Assembly: GCA_964615615.1 (NCBI GenBank)
Contig: CAZTQJ010000001.1
Location: forward strand, 1-40,617
Direction of reading: 5' to 3'
DNA from: an uncultured Acidimicrobiaceae bacterium
GTDB lineage: Bacteria > Actinomycetota > Acidimicrobiia > Acidimicrobiales > RAAP-2
Length of the DNA: 40,617 bases
Of the stretch, positions 40,010 through 40,617 are shown piece after piece. Within the stretch, counting starts at the first letter, position 1; each line of letters begins with the position of its first letter. A model generated the notes under the pieces. The model made no database searches. It saw nothing but the letters and a program-made list of their open reading frames with translations, and was not told the DNA's origin. A program made the translations under genes and the position numbers.

Positions 40010-40495
40010 ATGGTTCTGGAAAAGCAGATCGAGGGTCCGGTGGTAGCGTGGGCCAGGAAGTTCATGCTAGTGAGCAAGATGAACGGGATGGGAAGTCGGG
40101 GCTATCCTGACAGGTGCTTCTGGATCCCAGGCGGCAGGCCATTCTTCATAGAATTCAAGGCACCTGGGGGTAGATGCACCCCACTCCAGCTCTTAACGCA
40201 CGAACAACTCCGCGACGCCGGATATGAGGTAGAAGTTCATGACAACAAACTACTCGCTAAAGCAGCTATCCAGCATCGCCTGGACGCCGCATCAGTATCA
40301 GCAGAACGCAATCAAGTTCCTGCTGTCCCATGCGGCGGCTGGCCTGTTCCTGGATCCCGGCCTGGGCAAGACATCCATTGTCCTCGGTGCCGTAAAGATC
40401 TTGAAGGCCCAGAAACTCTTGAAGCGAGTGCTAGTGATAGCACCCCTGAGGGTATGCTACGGAGTCTGGCCGAACGAGGCCAGGAAATGGCTTGA
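40010..40495 (+). CDS. VRR-NUC nuclease with an unusual C-terminal extension of about 75 aa that overlaps the helicase gene.
   Basis: AGGAGTGG SD upstream. The motif GYPDRCFWIPGGRPFFIEFKAPGG..TPLQ (D...ExK) is present. There is no stop until 40495, although the domain appears to end near 40260. Confidence 0.75.
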   Translation: MVLEKQIEGPVVAWARKFMLVSKMNGMGSRGYPDRCFWIPGGRPFFIEFKAPGGRCTPLQLLTHEQLRDAGYEVEVHDNKLLAKAAIQHRLDAASVSAERNQVPAVPCGGWPVPGSRPGQDIHCPRCRKDLEGPETLEASASDSTPEGMLRSLAERGQEMA

Positions 40496-40617
40496 CTTCA
40501 ATGGTCTGCGGGTGAAGGTGCTTCATGGCAAAGACAAAAACGCCTTGGTGAAACAAGATGCAGATATCTACGTCATTAACCCTGAGGGATTGGACTGGCT
40601 TATTGCGGAGGGTCGCC
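40239..40617 (+). CDS. SNF2/DEAD-like helicase, N-terminal part, which continues at base 56 of the window.
   Basis: Motifs PHQYQQNAIKFL and LDPGLGKTS (motif I) are present. The frame is continuous with 1..1110 through the 55-bp overlap. Confidence 0.9.
   Translation, partial: MTTNYSLKQLSSIAWTPHQYQQNAIKFLLSHAAAGLFLDPGLGKTSIVLGAVKILKAQKLLKRVLVIAPLRVCYGVWPNEARKWLDFNGLRVKVLHGKDKNALVKQDADIYVINPEGLDWLIAEGR
40563..40617. repeat. Second copy of the 55-bp terminal direct repeat.
   Basis: Identical to 1..55. Confidence 0.95.

Noticed and set aside
39814-40110. 98-aa ORF spanning the micro-peptide region and the VRR-NUC start.
   Set aside because: It has no SD and overlaps two better-supported small ORFs and the VRR-NUC start. 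Its product is low-complexity.
1-40617. A single-subunit phage RNA polymerase, expected from the T7-like replication genes.
   Set aside because: No ORF of suitable size or motif content exists. The largest plus-strand products are the primase-helicase (679 aa) and the polymerase (623 aa). Transcription is therefore presumed to depend on the host.

Overview
The window reads as one complete tailed-phage genome. Bases 1-55 are identical to 40563-40617, so the unique length is 40,562 bp, the contig is circular or circularly permuted, and an SNF2-type helicase gene is split across the artificial ends. Genes form two arms that diverge from a roughly 1 kb AT-rich, repeat-dense non-coding region (26283-27293) and converge tail-to-tail at 5307-5317.

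Minus arm (26282 down to 5307): small and large terminase, portal, scaffold, P22-type coat, adaptor, P22 gp10-like tail hub, fibers and a beta-helix spike. These are followed by three ejection-protein-sized genes in P22 7/20/16-like order and a lysis cassette with a GTA-type 3TM holin and a Tlde1/YkuD-like enzyme.

Plus arm (27294 through the junction to 5317):
- tiny translationally coupled early genes and a DUF932-like gene;
- TOPRIM/SF3 primase-helicase, J-domain protein, HTH protein, ATP-dependent ligase, HNH endonuclease and family A DNA polymerase;
- PP2C-like phosphatase, Cas4-like nuclease, VRR-NUC nuclease and SNF2 helicase;
- a five-gene cassette that looks like DNA base hypermodification (GT-A-like, aGPT-Pplase-like, divergent thymidylate-synthase-like, HD nucleotidase, DUF3310-like).

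I saw no RNA polymerase, integrase, tRNA or CRISPR array.

Most interesting items:
- the candidate hypermodification cassette (1829-5317);
- about 12 copies of an AACAATGC word with nested palindromes and a 15% GC tract next to a small gene;
- that small gene's highly codon-biased paralog with a Lys/Ala/Pro-rich segment, located 14 kb away;
- a SET-domain/cupin-like fusion inside the virion module;
- a PP2C-like phosphatase coupled to the polymerase gene.

All homology calls come from motif recognition by eye, not from database searches.
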